This document shows positions 7,477 to 16,176 of a stretch of DNA of 64,000 bases, one piece after another. The position numbers and the translations under genes were made by a program. The notes under the pieces were generated by a model. That model saw nothing but the letters and a program-made list of their open reading frames with translations, ran no database searches and was not told the origin of the DNA. The first letter of the stretch is position 1, and every line of letters begins with the position of its first letter. Origin of the DNA: a virus (taxonomy: Duplodnaviria; Heunggongvirae; Uroviricota; Caudoviricetes); IMG/VR virus record IMGVR_UViG_3300036944_001243; one strand, 5' to 3'.

Positions 7477-7896
7477 ATGTCAAAAAAAGACTTAAAAGAA
7501 AAAAAATGTAAGAATTGTGGAGAGGTGAAATCTACTAAAGACTTTTATCCTCAAAAAGCTTATAATAATGGTGCAGTTTATGATACTTGGGATTGCTATT
7601 GCAAATCTTGCAGATTAGAAGCTTCAGCCGAGCGAAGAAGGATTTTAAAAAGAAAAGCTATAGAATATCTTGGTGGAAAATGCGCTGATTGTGGAGAATC
7701 AAGAGATATTCCATCTATTTATGATTTTCACCATTTAGATCCTAGCAAAAAAGATTTTTCAATTGGCAAACAAGCCAAAAAACTTGATTCTGTGAAGAAA
7801 GAACTCGACAAGTGTGTTCTTCTTTGTGCAAACTGTCACAGGATAAGACATTCTCAAAATCAAAAGGAGGTTGGCTTAGAAGCAGCCACGGATTGA
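7477..7896 (+). CDS. HNH homing endonuclease (zinc-finger + HNH)
   Basis: CKNCGEVKS...IYDFHHLDPSKKDFSIG...LDKCVLLCANCHRIRH. Confidence 0.8.
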   Translation: MSKKDLKEKKCKNCGEVKSTKDFYPQKAYNNGAVYDTWDCYCKSCRLEASAERRRILKRKAIEYLGGKCADCGESRDIPSIYDFHHLDPSKKDFSIGKQAKKLDSVKKELDKCVLLCANCHRIRHSQNQKEVGLEAATD

Positions 7897-8096
7897 GAAT
7901 CCTCACGATTTATCGTGACCTTTAAAGAGTAGGACGAAGCACCCAATCCGTGCGAAATGCCAAATAATGTCGGGCTGTAAGGTGGCATATATTGGTGATG
8001 TGCTGTGGGAAAAATGCGGATAGTGATAAGGCACCCCCGAAACGGTAAGGCATATTCTCCTTTTGGCGTAGTAGCACACTTTTGATTTATTTTAAC

Positions 8097-8169
8097 GGGG
8101 GATTGATGTAATGGTAGCATTTCTGATTTACATTCAGAACGCGGGGGTTCGAAGCCCTCATCCCCTACC
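8097..8169 (+). tRNA. tRNA-Val(TAC)
   Basis: acceptor GGGGGAT/ATCCCCT, anticodon stem TCTGA/TCAGA loop TTTACAT, T-arm GGGGG-TTCGAAG-CCCTC, CCA+ATTT. Confidence 0.7.
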
Positions 8170-8349
8170 AATTTTTAATTATGGCTAAGATCATTAATAG
8201 TTTTAAACAACAAAAAAAACGTCAGAAAAAAAATGGACATATAGAACCGTTTTTTAAAAGAAAAAAGTTTGAAAAGTATATCTCTAAGACAGTTTTTGAG
8301 GAACCATCATTAAAAGAATTTTTAAAAAAACCAAATTAACAATTTTCAT

Positions 8350-8426
8350 GCGAATGTAGCGCAACTGGCAGAGGCAATAGTTCGAGGGACTATATAGTGC
8401 GGGTTCGAATCCCGCCATTCGCACCA
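8350..8426 (+). tRNA. tRNA with anticodon GAG (Leu-type anticodon) but class-I body, C33
   Basis: perfect acceptor GCGAATG/CATTCGC, anticodon stem ATAGT/ACTAT loop TCGAGGG, T-arm GCGGG-TTCGAAT-CCCGC, CCA. Confidence 0.5.
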
Positions 8427-8429
8427 AAT

Positions 8430-8510
8430 GGCTCAGTTGACAAAACAGGTAAAGTCGCTTCGCTTAGAACGAAGAATATCTTGTGGGTTCGACTCCCACC
8501 TGAGCCACCA
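8430..8510 (+). tRNA. tRNA with Leu anticodon TAG, short (8 nt) variable region
   Basis: acceptor GGCTCAG/CTGAGCC, anticodon stem CTTCG/CGAAG loop CTTAGAA, T-arm GTGGG-TTCGACT-CCCAC, CCA+ATTT. Confidence 0.6.
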
Positions 8511-8525
8511 ATTTACAAAACAAAA

Positions 8526-8768
8526 ATGATAAACAAAGACACTCTAGTAACTGCTGTATGGTGCGGTCCATGTAAAACAATCAAATTTTTTCTTGCTTCA
8601 AAGCCAAAAGACATCGATTTTGTCGATGCCGATGAGGATCAAGATTTCTGCAAACAATGGGGAATCAGAGCAGTTCCTACTTTAATTACCGTTAAAAACG
8701 AAAAAATAGTCGGTAATGAAAAAATCATGGAACATCTTTTGAAACTTCCTGATTTTAAAAGCGAATAA
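8526..8768 (+). CDS. thioredoxin/glutaredoxin-like protein
   Basis: WCGPCK active-site motif, ...VPTLI; ORF track N-terminal extension (8397-8525) overlaps tRNA and is rejected. Confidence 0.65.
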   Translation: MINKDTLVTAVWCGPCKTIKFFLASKPKDIDFVDADEDQDFCKQWGIRAVPTLITVKNEKIVGNEKIMEHLLKLPDFKSE

Positions 8769-8786
8769 ACAATTTCTAGAATAAGG

Positions 8787-8870
8787 GTCAGCTTAGTGGC
8801 GTAATTGACCACAGGTGTTTAGATAGACAATGGAGGCGGTGAGGTTCGATTCCCAACAGGCTCTGGTGAG
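8787..8870 (+). pseudogene. degenerate tRNA-like sequence (GGGTCAG...TTCGATT T-loop, no acceptor closure, no CCA)
   Basis: D-arm-like CTTAGTGGCGTAA and T-loop GGTTCGATTCC present but stems do not close. Confidence 0.3.
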
Positions 8871-8926
8871 TATACAGCTTCTCGGAACGAACGTGAAATC
8901 CTAGACAGACCTAATTTTAATGCAAT

Positions 8927-9003
8927 GGCTCGCTGCGCTAATTGGCAATGCGGCAATACTCAAGATATTGTGTCTCTCAGTTCGAATCTGAGGCGAGCTA
9001 CCA
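8927..9003 (+). tRNA. tRNA with Leu anticodon CAA, class-I body (very short variable region)
   Basis: acceptor GGCTCGC/GCGAGCT, D-loop TAATTGGCAA, anticodon stem CAATA/TATTG loop CTCAAGA, T-arm CTCAG-TTCGAAT-CTGAG, CCA. Confidence 0.5.
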
Positions 9004-10332
9004 TTATCTACTGACTTCTTCCCAGTCCATAGAGCCATGGACAAGTTCATTGTTTGTGCTTGCCGCAACTGCGAGAGTTAATTCGTAAGCTTCGCCAGTC
9101 AAACCGTTTCTTTCTAGTTGGAATTTAAACAGAGCTTCTTTGAGAATATCTATGGTTGTAGATGATTGAGTATTAGAGGCGAAGTAACCAGATGCTAATA
9201 CTCTGCCTCCAGATACTCCAGTTCCATTTAACTTGTATTCTATGGACGAGTTAACTCCTGCATCAGTCCAAGTGCCGCCTGTTGTGGTTCCAGATGCAAT
9301 TATTTTCCAATTATAAACACCACTGCCGATTCCCATTAAGGATAAAGCTGTTAAAATAACAATAGCGTCGAGCCTAGTTGATTTTAATTTTATAGAAACC
9401 ACAGGATAAAATGTTCCAGCAGTTCCTAAAGCTTTTGGCGCAGTTATTGCGGTTCCTGCTGCCTGTTGAAGACCTCTGAGTTCATAGCCTCCCTCTGATA
9501 TTACTGTGCTGCATATTTGTTTTAGTTTGCTAGAACCAGAAGTTGCGGCGGTATTTGCTATTTCATATCTAAGTGGTAAAGATGCTGTGGTGATATAAGT
9601 TGAATCAATGATGTTGGCGTGATGGAACGTATGACATAAAATAAATCTGCCATTGATAACAAACCCCATTCTTACTGATCCAAGACCTAACCATTCTATG
9701 TCCATCCATAAAATCTGTGCTTTGGTTATATCTAAAGTAAATCCAGACGCACCAGTTCCATCTAATTTATCGCCGTTCCAAGCTGATTGAGGAACTCTTG
9801 TTTCTGTAACTGGAGTGCCATCAACTAATGAGCGCTCAACCAAATTCAATGTTGAATCTACAAGCTCCAAATACATTCCATTATCAGCACCAAAATAGCC
9901 GACTCTTTGAGTAAGGCCAGTTTTCTCTGGAGACATTACAAAAGTATTTAAGTTAAGTAAGCTTTTCCCTGGTTGATAAGCAAAAACTTTTGTTGTTTCT
10001 CTAGTAATGAATGAACCAGAAGCGTTGGTTACATTTAGTTCCATGAGCCCCTCATTTTGATTAAATGAGACACTGCCACTGACTCCACTCGCTGTTGACC
10101 AAAGATTGTTGTCAGCGTATCTATGACTAGAATCAAACAATGTTAGCGGGCTTGAAGTTCTCATTCTGCCAAAAGCGTCAAAAGATGTTGATCCTTCTGA
10201 ATTGGCAAAACTTAAATCGCTTTTTTCTATTGGTCTGTATGTGTCTTCAGTGCGGTCATATAAAAATGGAATTTGCCCAGCGGTGTGAGCTAATTGATTT
10301 AAATTCTGGAAATTATATTGTTGCGCTGACAT
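9004..10332 (-). CDS. Gly/Ser/Thr-rich large protein, putative virion structural/receptor-binding-like protein
   Basis: 442 aa, repeated NxSG/TGxxG motifs, compositional similarity to 16313..17836 and 61086..61907; function not recognisable from sequence. Confidence 0.3.
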   Translation of the reverse strand: MSAQQYNFQNLNQLAHTAGQIPFLYDRTEDTYRPIEKSDLSFANSEGSTSFDAFGRMRTSSPLTLFDSSHRYADNNLWSTASGVSGSVSFNQNEGLMELNVTNASGSFITRETTKVFAYQPGKSLLNLNTFVMSPEKTGLTQRVGYFGADNGMYLELVDSTLNLVERSLVDGTPVTETRVPQSAWNGDKLDGTGASGFTLDITKAQILWMDIEWLGLGSVRMGFVINGRFILCHTFHHANIIDSTYITTASLPLRYEIANTAATSGSSKLKQICSTVISEGGYELRGLQQAAGTAITAPKALGTAGTFYPVVSIKLKSTRLDAIVILTALSLMGIGSGVYNWKIIASGTTTGGTWTDAGVNSSIEYKLNGTGVSGGRVLASGYFASNTQSSTTIDILKEALFKFQLERNGLTGEAYELTLAVAASTNNELVHGSMDWEEVSR

Positions 10333-10477
10333 GGTGGAAATTAATCATTTTTAATAAAGACCCAGACTTTTCACAGAACTGCGATTTTTTATTATAAAAT
10401 ATGTTACACTTTTTTTTTGCGAAAATCAATATTTAGTCTTGACTCGCGACTAATTCCTGATAGAATAGGTTCACAAA

Positions 10478-10564
10478 GGCTCAATGGTGGAATTGCCAGA
10501 CACTGGAGACTTAAAATCTTTTGCTCGGAAGAGCGTGCGGGTTGGAGTCCCGCTTGAGCTACCA
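10478..10564 (+). tRNA. tRNA-Leu(TAA), type II
   Basis: acceptor GGCTCAA/TTGAGCT, anticodon stem GGAGA/TCTTT loop CTTAAAA, long variable arm TGCTCGGAAGAGCG, T-arm GCGGG-TTGGAGT-CCCGC, CCA+AATTT. Confidence 0.7.
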
Positions 10565-10567
10565 AAT

Positions 10568-11068
10568 TTAATGGCCCGTTACGCTAATTGGCAGTGCGGC
10601 TTCGCTTAAAACGAAGTGGTTCTCAGTTCGAATCTGAGGCGGGCTACTTTTTCTTCTTCTCCAAGTTGGAGTTTGTGCATGACAATTACAACATAAAAGT
10701 TTTAAATTAGATATTTCATTATTAGTCCTATCTCCATCTATATGTTCTATTTCCAATGGAATTAATTCTCCCATCCATTTTTGATTTTTACAATTTTCGC
10801 AACAATGACCTTTAAATTGTATTAAATGTTTTTTTAAATTTACAGCCCTAGAATAATTTTTCCAATCTTTAAGCTGTTGATCTTTATTCCATGCAGATCC
10901 AGTCCAATGAGAAGTGTCGATATTTAATCTCTGTAAATTTCTTTTAATATTTGCAAAATTTCCTCCTACGGATTTGAGGTTTAATTTCTTCAAAAGTTGA
11001 GAAATATTGTTGACATTTTTCGAATAATTAATAATATCTTCGTCTGTGTAGTTCCTGTATTTTTTCAT
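10568..11068 (-). CDS. HNH homing endonuclease
   Basis: EIEHIDGDRTNNEISNLKLLCCNCHAQT. Confidence 0.8.
   Translation of the reverse strand: MKKYRNYTDEDIINYSKNVNNISQLLKKLNLKSVGGNFANIKRNLQRLNIDTSHWTGSAWNKDQQLKDWKNYSRAVNLKKHLIQFKGHCCENCKNQKWMGELIPLEIEHIDGDRTNNEISNLKLLCCNCHAQTPTWRRRKSSPPQIRTENHFVLSEAALPISVTGH
10573..10646 (+). tRNA. tRNA with Leu anticodon TAA, class-I body, no CCA
   Basis: acceptor GGCCCGT/GCGGGCT (2 GU), anticodon stem CTTCG/CGAAG loop CTTAAAA, T-arm CTCAG-TTCGAAT-CTGAG; close paralog of 8927 tRNA. Confidence 0.45.
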
Positions 11069-11132
11069 ATATTAATTTACACAATTAGGAAGTCGCAGAG
11101 AAATTTTACTGCGCGATTACCAAACTTTCAAC

Positions 11133-11204
11133 TGGGGTGAAGCTTAACGGTCAAGCGAGCAACTCATAATTGTTAGAAAGCGGGTTCAACTCCCGTCGCC
11201 CCTA
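11133..11204 (+). tRNA. tRNA-Met(CAT) (elongator Met or Ile-lysidine type), no CCA
   Basis: D-stem GCTT/AAGC, anticodon stem AGCAA/TTGTT loop CTCATAA, T-arm GCGGG-TTCAACT-CCCGT. Confidence 0.55.
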
Positions 11205-11487
11205 TTTTTTTATGGAAATAAATATTACCCAATATACCAAAGCTTGCATTTCCACTGAGGAGCAAAAACGAATCACTTTAGATTATTTGTATCGTAACTT
11301 TGGATGGAGCAAAAACCATTTTATTGAAGATGAAAAAGTAATGGAAAACGTAGAATACGCGACTTCTCATCGCTGGACTGAAAAAGAATTTGTGCGTGAA
11401 GCACAAGAAGATGATTATTTTGTCGCGGGCTTGATCAAACTGATCAATAAATTGTCTTGATTTATCTCAAATGAGGGTTACTATTAT

Positions 11488-12138
11488 TTGATGAACTTTC
11501 CTTTTTTGAAAAAATGCGATAGTAACTTTCAAAAGTTTTTTGAATGGACTCTGGACTACCTCTACCATCATAAAAAAACAATAACAGTCGTCAATGCACG
11601 AAATGTCGATTTCGGTGATTCTAAATGTTCTGGTTGGTGCGACGGGCAAAACATTACCATAGCCAGCAAAAATCCTTTGTTTGCTCAGGTTTATTGCCAC
11701 GAATTTGCACACATGACTCAATATGTTGAGCAGAGCGATTTATGGAAAGACGAATATGATTTTTGGAAGCATCTTGAAGAAAATAAATTATGCCCCAAAA
11801 ACTGGTCGGATGTAATGCAGGTGATCGCTCTTGAGCGAGATTGCGAAAAGAGAGCTTTGGCCTTTTCCAAAAAATGGAATTTATTTGATTCCGAAAAATA
11901 CGCCCAGCAAGCTAATCTTTACTTGCATTATTATCAATACATTTTTCTGACGCAGAAATGGGTTGACACGACCTCCATTTACCATCCAATGCTTTTAGAA
12001 AAAATGCCCAAAACAATCAAGCCTCTTTCGTATTTTAATTCAATTGATATGGAATTGATGGCTTTGTTTGATGAGTGTCTGAACAAAAAGGGAAAATTTT
12101 ACAAAAAAGGCTTTACTTGGAACAAAATCCAATCATAA
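11488..12138 (+). CDS. hypothetical protein
   Basis: 216-aa ORF, no recognisable motif. Confidence 0.4.
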   Translation: MMNFPFLKKCDSNFQKFFEWTLDYLYHHKKTITVVNARNVDFGDSKCSGWCDGQNITIASKNPLFAQVYCHEFAHMTQYVEQSDLWKDEYDFWKHLEENKLCPKNWSDVMQVIALERDCEKRALAFSKKWNLFDSEKYAQQANLYLHYYQYIFLTQKWVDTTSIYHPMLLEKMPKTIKPLSYFNSIDMELMALFDECLNKKGKFYKKGFTWNKIQS

Positions 12139-12145
12139 TCAAAAC

Positions 12146-12658
12146 ATGAGCGTTTACGTTATGGCAGATCCCCACCTTGGGCATCGAAATATTTTTAAGT
12201 ATCGAAAGTTCATTTCTTCTACAGAAGACAATACTCGCCTGATCCAAGAAGACTGGAACAAACACATCAATAAAAATGATGTCGTGTATGTTCTTGGGGA
12301 TGCAGCTTTCGATTATCATTCTCTGGCGCTTTTTGGAAACCTGAAAGGCCGCAAGATTCTTGTGAAAGGCAACCATGATGATTTGGTTAGCAGTCACGAT
12401 CAAATGAATGTCTTTGAAGAAATTCATGGCATCATCAAATACAAAGGCATGTGGTTTAGTCACTGTCCGATTCATCCTGATGAATTGCGCAAGTGCAAAC
12501 TGAATGTTCACGGTCATGTCCACATGCACACAATCATGAAAGGCTGGGGACCATGGCGCAAAGAAGATCCTCGATATGTCAACGCTTGTGTTGATGTGGT
12601 TTATCCAAAATTCGGGACTTGTTTTTTAACACTTGATTACTTGAGGGGTTTGGTGTAA
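12146..12658 (+). CDS. calcineurin-like metallophosphoesterase
   Basis: MADPHLGH...VLGDAAFD...GNHD...HGHVHMH phosphoesterase motifs. Confidence 0.6.
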   Translation: MSVYVMADPHLGHRNIFKYRKFISSTEDNTRLIQEDWNKHINKNDVVYVLGDAAFDYHSLALFGNLKGRKILVKGNHDDLVSSHDQMNVFEEIHGIIKYKGMWFSHCPIHPDELRKCKLNVHGHVHMHTIMKGWGPWRKEDPRYVNACVDVVYPKFGTCFLTLDYLRGLV

Positions 12659-13258
12659 TATCTAATATGCCAATTCCATCTCCAAGAAATAAAGAAAAAA
12701 AGACTGATTTTGTGAGCCGTTGCGTTTCGCAGATCAGTAAAGAATACAAAGACAATAAGCAAGCCGTAGCAATTTGCTACAATCAATTTCAAGAAGCAAA
12801 AGCATCTGCTGAAGGTGTTGTTGATTTGGAAAATGATGAAATGCTTATTTTAAAAGATTTATAATGGGATCGCGTAGTTTCGATTTTACGAAGGATTCAT
12901 TGATTAGCATCGCAAGAGATGATGGTTGGCTCTTTAAAAAATCCATCAAAAAAAAACAAACGGCAAAAATAACATTGTCACCTTCCGTAAGTCTGCAAAA
13001 GTTGTCCGCAAGGCCACTCTCGCTACTGCGTAAGTATCACGCTCAGAAGAACGCTCGCTCTTTTTTGAGTATCAAATCGAGCAACAAAACAGTTTGTTGA
13101 TTCTGCAAAAATCAACTGGTGGAGGACAAAGTAGGAACTACCAAGAACCGAATGTCCCTCAGATGACTAACTGTAAATAGTCAAAAATATAAGCATGTTT
13201 GAAGATCAATGAGAATAAGTAGAAGACACGGGGGGCGGCTCCCCGTCGATTCCACCAA

Positions 13259-13375
13259 TTTTGGGCATGACAAGGTGTAGATGAGAGTTCGAATCTCTCA
13301 CGGTCCACTCGACGGGCCGAATGGTAGTGGCGCGACGGCGCTCTTTGGGTTCGAATCCCAACATGTCCACTAATT
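13259..13375 (+). ncRNA. candidate Y-RNA-like ncRNA with tRNA-like modules, upstream of Ro60-like gene
   Basis: GGGCCGAATGGTAGTGG (13314-13330) closely matches conserved Y RNA 5' Ro-binding strand GGUCCGA(A/U)GGUAGUG; two T-arm-like hairpins GAGAG-TTCGAAT-CTCTC and TTGGG-TTCGAAT-CCCAA; CCACTA downstream complementary to TGGTAGTGG. Confidence 0.35.
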
Positions 13376-13389
13376 TTCCAAAAAACCGA

Positions 13390-13418
13390 TTGACTTTCGC
13401 CAGAAGATCGGCATAATA
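13390..13418 (+). promoter_or_regulatory. sigma70-like promoter TTGACT-N17-ATAATA
   Basis: consensus spacing; shares AAAACC(G)ATTGACTTTCG context with promoter at 19440. Confidence 0.55.
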
Positions 13419-13419
13419 G

Positions 13420-13870
13420 ATACAGATTTGAGTGCTGAATGAAACTGTTACTTCACTGCAATTCGAAAAAACACAGTTTCAAATTATTGCCTCAAAACTT
13501 TTTGTATCATTCCAGCTTTTGCAATGAGGACATGAGTAGATGACGTTTCAAGGACGCATCCTAGCCCCCTTCGAAAATGAGTGACCTGATCAAAGGTTGG
13601 AATGATATAAAAATACTTTTCAGTGGCGATTTAAAACGGCTACTTCTTTATATTGAACATAAAAGGTCTTGGTTCGAATCCAAGTGCGGCTTTGCAAGTC
13701 GTATGGTGTAATGGCAGCATTCAAACTATCCGTTTTAGCTTATTCCCTGAAATCTCTTCCTCTTAGGTGGCGAAGGTTACAGTTACTTCATAATCCCACG
13801 GGCTGATCGGTTCGATTCCGACTTGTTGTGTAATGGTAGCACTCCTGTTCAAAAAGCCTGTAATCGATTA
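13420..13870 (+). ncRNA. cluster of tRNA-like fragments (T-arm-like hairpins at 13667-13684, 13806-13822; D-arm-like GGTGTAATGGCAGC, GTAATGGTAGC) without complete cloverleafs
   Basis: no ORF; fragments in 3'-half then 5'-half order; between promoter 13390 and Ro60-like gene. Confidence 0.3.
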
Positions 13871-13893
13871 TTCCCCTATTTTTTTTATTTAAA

Positions 13894-15348
13894 ATGAAAC
13901 CTTACGGCTTAAAAGCTCGAAAACGTTTTCTTTGGGAAGACGTTGAAATCTCTAAAGGTAGAGAACGCTCTTCTGCTAATTCAAAAATCAGAAAAGAAGT
14001 TCTTGACTTTGACGAAAACGTAGATATAATCAGCGACATGAAAACAAATGTAAAAAATACTCCGAAGCCTGTTCGAACCCACGAAGGCGCGGTAGCGAAG
14101 CGCATCACTCCAATCCAAGAACTTCGACGTTCTGTTATGGCTTGCATGCTTTGGGAAAACTCCTTCTATGAATCTGGCAAGACAATTGCTGATCGTATCA
14201 AAGAACTTGTTTCCAAGGTTTCTGGAAAGGATGCGATGCACATCGCGATTGAGGCTCGCGAAAGCATGAAGTTGCGACACACCCCTCTTTATATTGCCCG
14301 CCTCATGGCCAAGAATCCAAAGCAGCGTGAATACGTTGCAGATACTTTGGTGCGAATCATCCAGCGAGCAGATGAACTTTCTGAGTTCTTATCTATCTAC
14401 TGGAAGGGCGGTAAGACTCCTATTGCAAACCAAGTGAAGAAAGGTCTTGCTACCGCATTCACAAAGTTTAATGAATATGATCTTTCAAAGTATAATCGTG
14501 ATGGTGCAGTCACACTGAAGGATGTTCTTTTTATGGTTCACGCTCGTCCTACTAGCGAAAACCAAGAAAAGCTCTGGAAGCGACTGATCAATGACGAACT
14601 CAAGACTCCTGATACTTGGGAAGTTGAACTCTCAGCTTCTAAGGACAAGAAGGCTTCTTGGACTCGCCTTTTGGAAGAAAATAAGCTTGGCGCACTCGCG
14701 CTTCTTCGAAACATTCGAAACATGGAAGAAGCAAAGGTTCCTGAAAAGTTGATTCGATCTGCTCTTCTTAACATGAAGACCGAACGAGTTCTTCCTTTCC
14801 GCTTCATTTCTGCTGCGCGTCATGCTCCTAAGTATGAAAACGAACTGGAATCCTCCATGCTCAAGTGCATGGAAAATAGCGAAAAGCTTTCTGGTAAGAC
14901 TATTATTCTTGTTGATATTTCTGTTTCAATGCACAGCAAAGTTTCTGGCAAGAGTGATATTTCTCGCTTGGATGCTGCTTGCGGTGTCGCAATGCTTCTG
15001 CGAGAAATCTGTGATACTGTTGAAGTCCACAGCTTTTCTTACAAGACCAAGCTCGTTCCTTCTCGTCGCGGCTTCGCCTTGGCAGAAGCAATCAGCAAGT
15101 CTCAGATGCATCAGGGAACTTACCTTGGAGAATCCGTCAAGGAAATGAACCTGAAGTCTGCTGATCGTTTGATTGTCATCACTGATGAACAGTCTGCGGA
15201 TCGGGTTCCTAATCCAGCTTTTGACAAAGCTTACATGATCAATATCGCGTCTTACAGGAACGGTGTTGGTTATGACAAGTGGACTCATATCGATGGTTGG
15301 AGTGAATCGGTAGTTAATTACATTATTTCTCTTGAAAAAGAGTTCTAA
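13894..15348 (+). CDS. TROVE + von Willebrand A domain protein, Ro60/Rsr-like RNA-binding protein
   Basis: 484 aa; central ...MLWENSFYESGKT... TROVE-like; C-terminal vWA with MIDAS DxSxS (TIILVDISVSMHS) as in Ro60 (DVSGSM). Confidence 0.55.
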   Translation: MKPYGLKARKRFLWEDVEISKGRERSSANSKIRKEVLDFDENVDIISDMKTNVKNTPKPVRTHEGAVAKRITPIQELRRSVMACMLWENSFYESGKTIADRIKELVSKVSGKDAMHIAIEARESMKLRHTPLYIARLMAKNPKQREYVADTLVRIIQRADELSEFLSIYWKGGKTPIANQVKKGLATAFTKFNEYDLSKYNRDGAVTLKDVLFMVHARPTSENQEKLWKRLINDELKTPDTWEVELSASKDKKASWTRLLEENKLGALALLRNIRNMEEAKVPEKLIRSALLNMKTERVLPFRFISAARHAPKYENELESSMLKCMENSEKLSGKTIILVDISVSMHSKVSGKSDISRLDAACGVAMLLREICDTVEVHSFSYKTKLVPSRRGFALAEAISKSQMHQGTYLGESVKEMNLKSADRLIVITDEQSADRVPNPAFDKAYMINIASYRNGVGYDKWTHIDGWSESVVNYIISLEKEF

Positions 15349-15391
15349 ATAGTGTATAATAAAAGCAGAGAGGTGAAAGCCCTCTCAAATT

Positions 15392-15466
15392 GCGGGTATC
15401 GTATAGTGGTTATTATGGGACTCTTCCAAAGTTCAGAGGTCAGTTCGATCCTGACTATCCGCACCA
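15392..15466 (+). tRNA. tRNA-Gly(TCC)
   Basis: acceptor GCGGGTA/TATCCGC, anticodon stem GGACT/AGTTC loop CTTCCAA, T-arm GTCAG-TTCGATC-CTGAC, CCA. Confidence 0.75.
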
Positions 15467-15963
15467 TTTTTTTTCATATTTGAATTTCTCCCAGCAAATG
15501 TGGAAGTCTGTGAATGACAATTCGGGCATAAAAAACATAGATTTTCAAATCTATTATCATTGTTGATTCCATTTTTATGCTCTAGTTGAAGAGTAAGAGG
15601 CTTTTTATTCCAAATCGGGAGTTGTCCACATTCGTAGCATTTATTCTCCCATCCCATTTCTATCAAATATTTTTTTAATTGTTTGTTGCTTGAGTAAGTC
15701 GAATCTTTGCAAAATAACAAATTATTATTAAATTTATTGATTGATTTGAGATTTTTCATACGCAAATCATAGCCTCTTTTTTTAACAGGATTTAAATCTA
15801 TTTGATCTCTTTCACATCTTTTCTTTAAAGTTCTATGATTTCCATTGTATGCATTAAGATTTAATTTTTGTAAAATTTCAACAATTGAATTAGATGAGTT
15901 GATTATTTCTAATAATTGTGTATAATCTATTGTCCATATAATACTTGTTTTTGTTCTTGGCAT
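15433..15963 (-). CDS. HNH homing endonuclease
   Basis: LEHKNGINNDNRFENLCFLCPNCH; 3' end overlaps tRNA-Gly on opposite strand. Confidence 0.75.
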   Translation of the reverse strand: MPRTKTSIIWTIDYTQLLEIINSSNSIVEILQKLNLNAYNGNHRTLKKRCERDQIDLNPVKKRGYDLRMKNLKSINKFNNNLLFCKDSTYSSNKQLKKYLIEMGWENKCYECGQLPIWNKKPLTLQLEHKNGINNDNRFENLCFLCPNCHSQTSTFAGRNSNMKKNGADSQDRTDL

Positions 15964-16013
15964 ATTAGTTATTACACCTTATATGACAAAATGAGAATAT
16001 AGTATAAATAAAT

Positions 16014-16087
16014 TGGTCCATGTTGTAGTGGGAGCAAAAATGACTTTGAATCATCGAGTGGGGGTTCGATTCCCTCTGGACCTGCCA
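16014..16087 (+). tRNA. tRNA-Gln(TTG)
   Basis: anticodon stem ATGA/TCAT loop CTTTGAA, T-arm GGGGG-TTCGATT-CCCTC, CCA+ATTT. Confidence 0.7.
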
Positions 16088-16095
16088 ATTTTTAT

Positions 16096-16169
16096 GGGAC
16101 GGTGTTGTAGTGGGAGCATCCGAAATTGTGAATTTCGCGGGAACGGATCATAACCGTTACGTCCCTCCA
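16096..16169 (+). tRNA. tRNA-His(GTG), A54 T-loop ATCATAA
   Basis: acceptor GGGACGG/ACGTCCC, anticodon stem CGAAA/TTTCG loop TTGTGAA, CCA+TTTTT. Confidence 0.65.
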
Positions 16170-16176
16170 TTTTTAA

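Noticed and set aside
1515-8525. Small ORFs from the six-frame track overlapping tRNA genes (for example 1515..1700, 2285..2548, 3539..3736, 3622..3822, 3658..3945, 5022..5321, 5043..5276, 6340..6570, 6859..7068, N-terminal part of 8397..8768)
   Set aside because: They are read straight through tRNA cloverleafs or their reverse complements, and the conserved T-loop/acceptor sequences explain the open frames. Only the thioredoxin-like part of 8397..8768 (from 8526) is kept.
15362-15390. Hairpin GAGAGG-TGAAAG-CCTCTC after the Ro60-like gene as a terminator
   Set aside because: Not followed by a T-run on either strand; may be a processing hairpin but insufficient evidence for a terminator.
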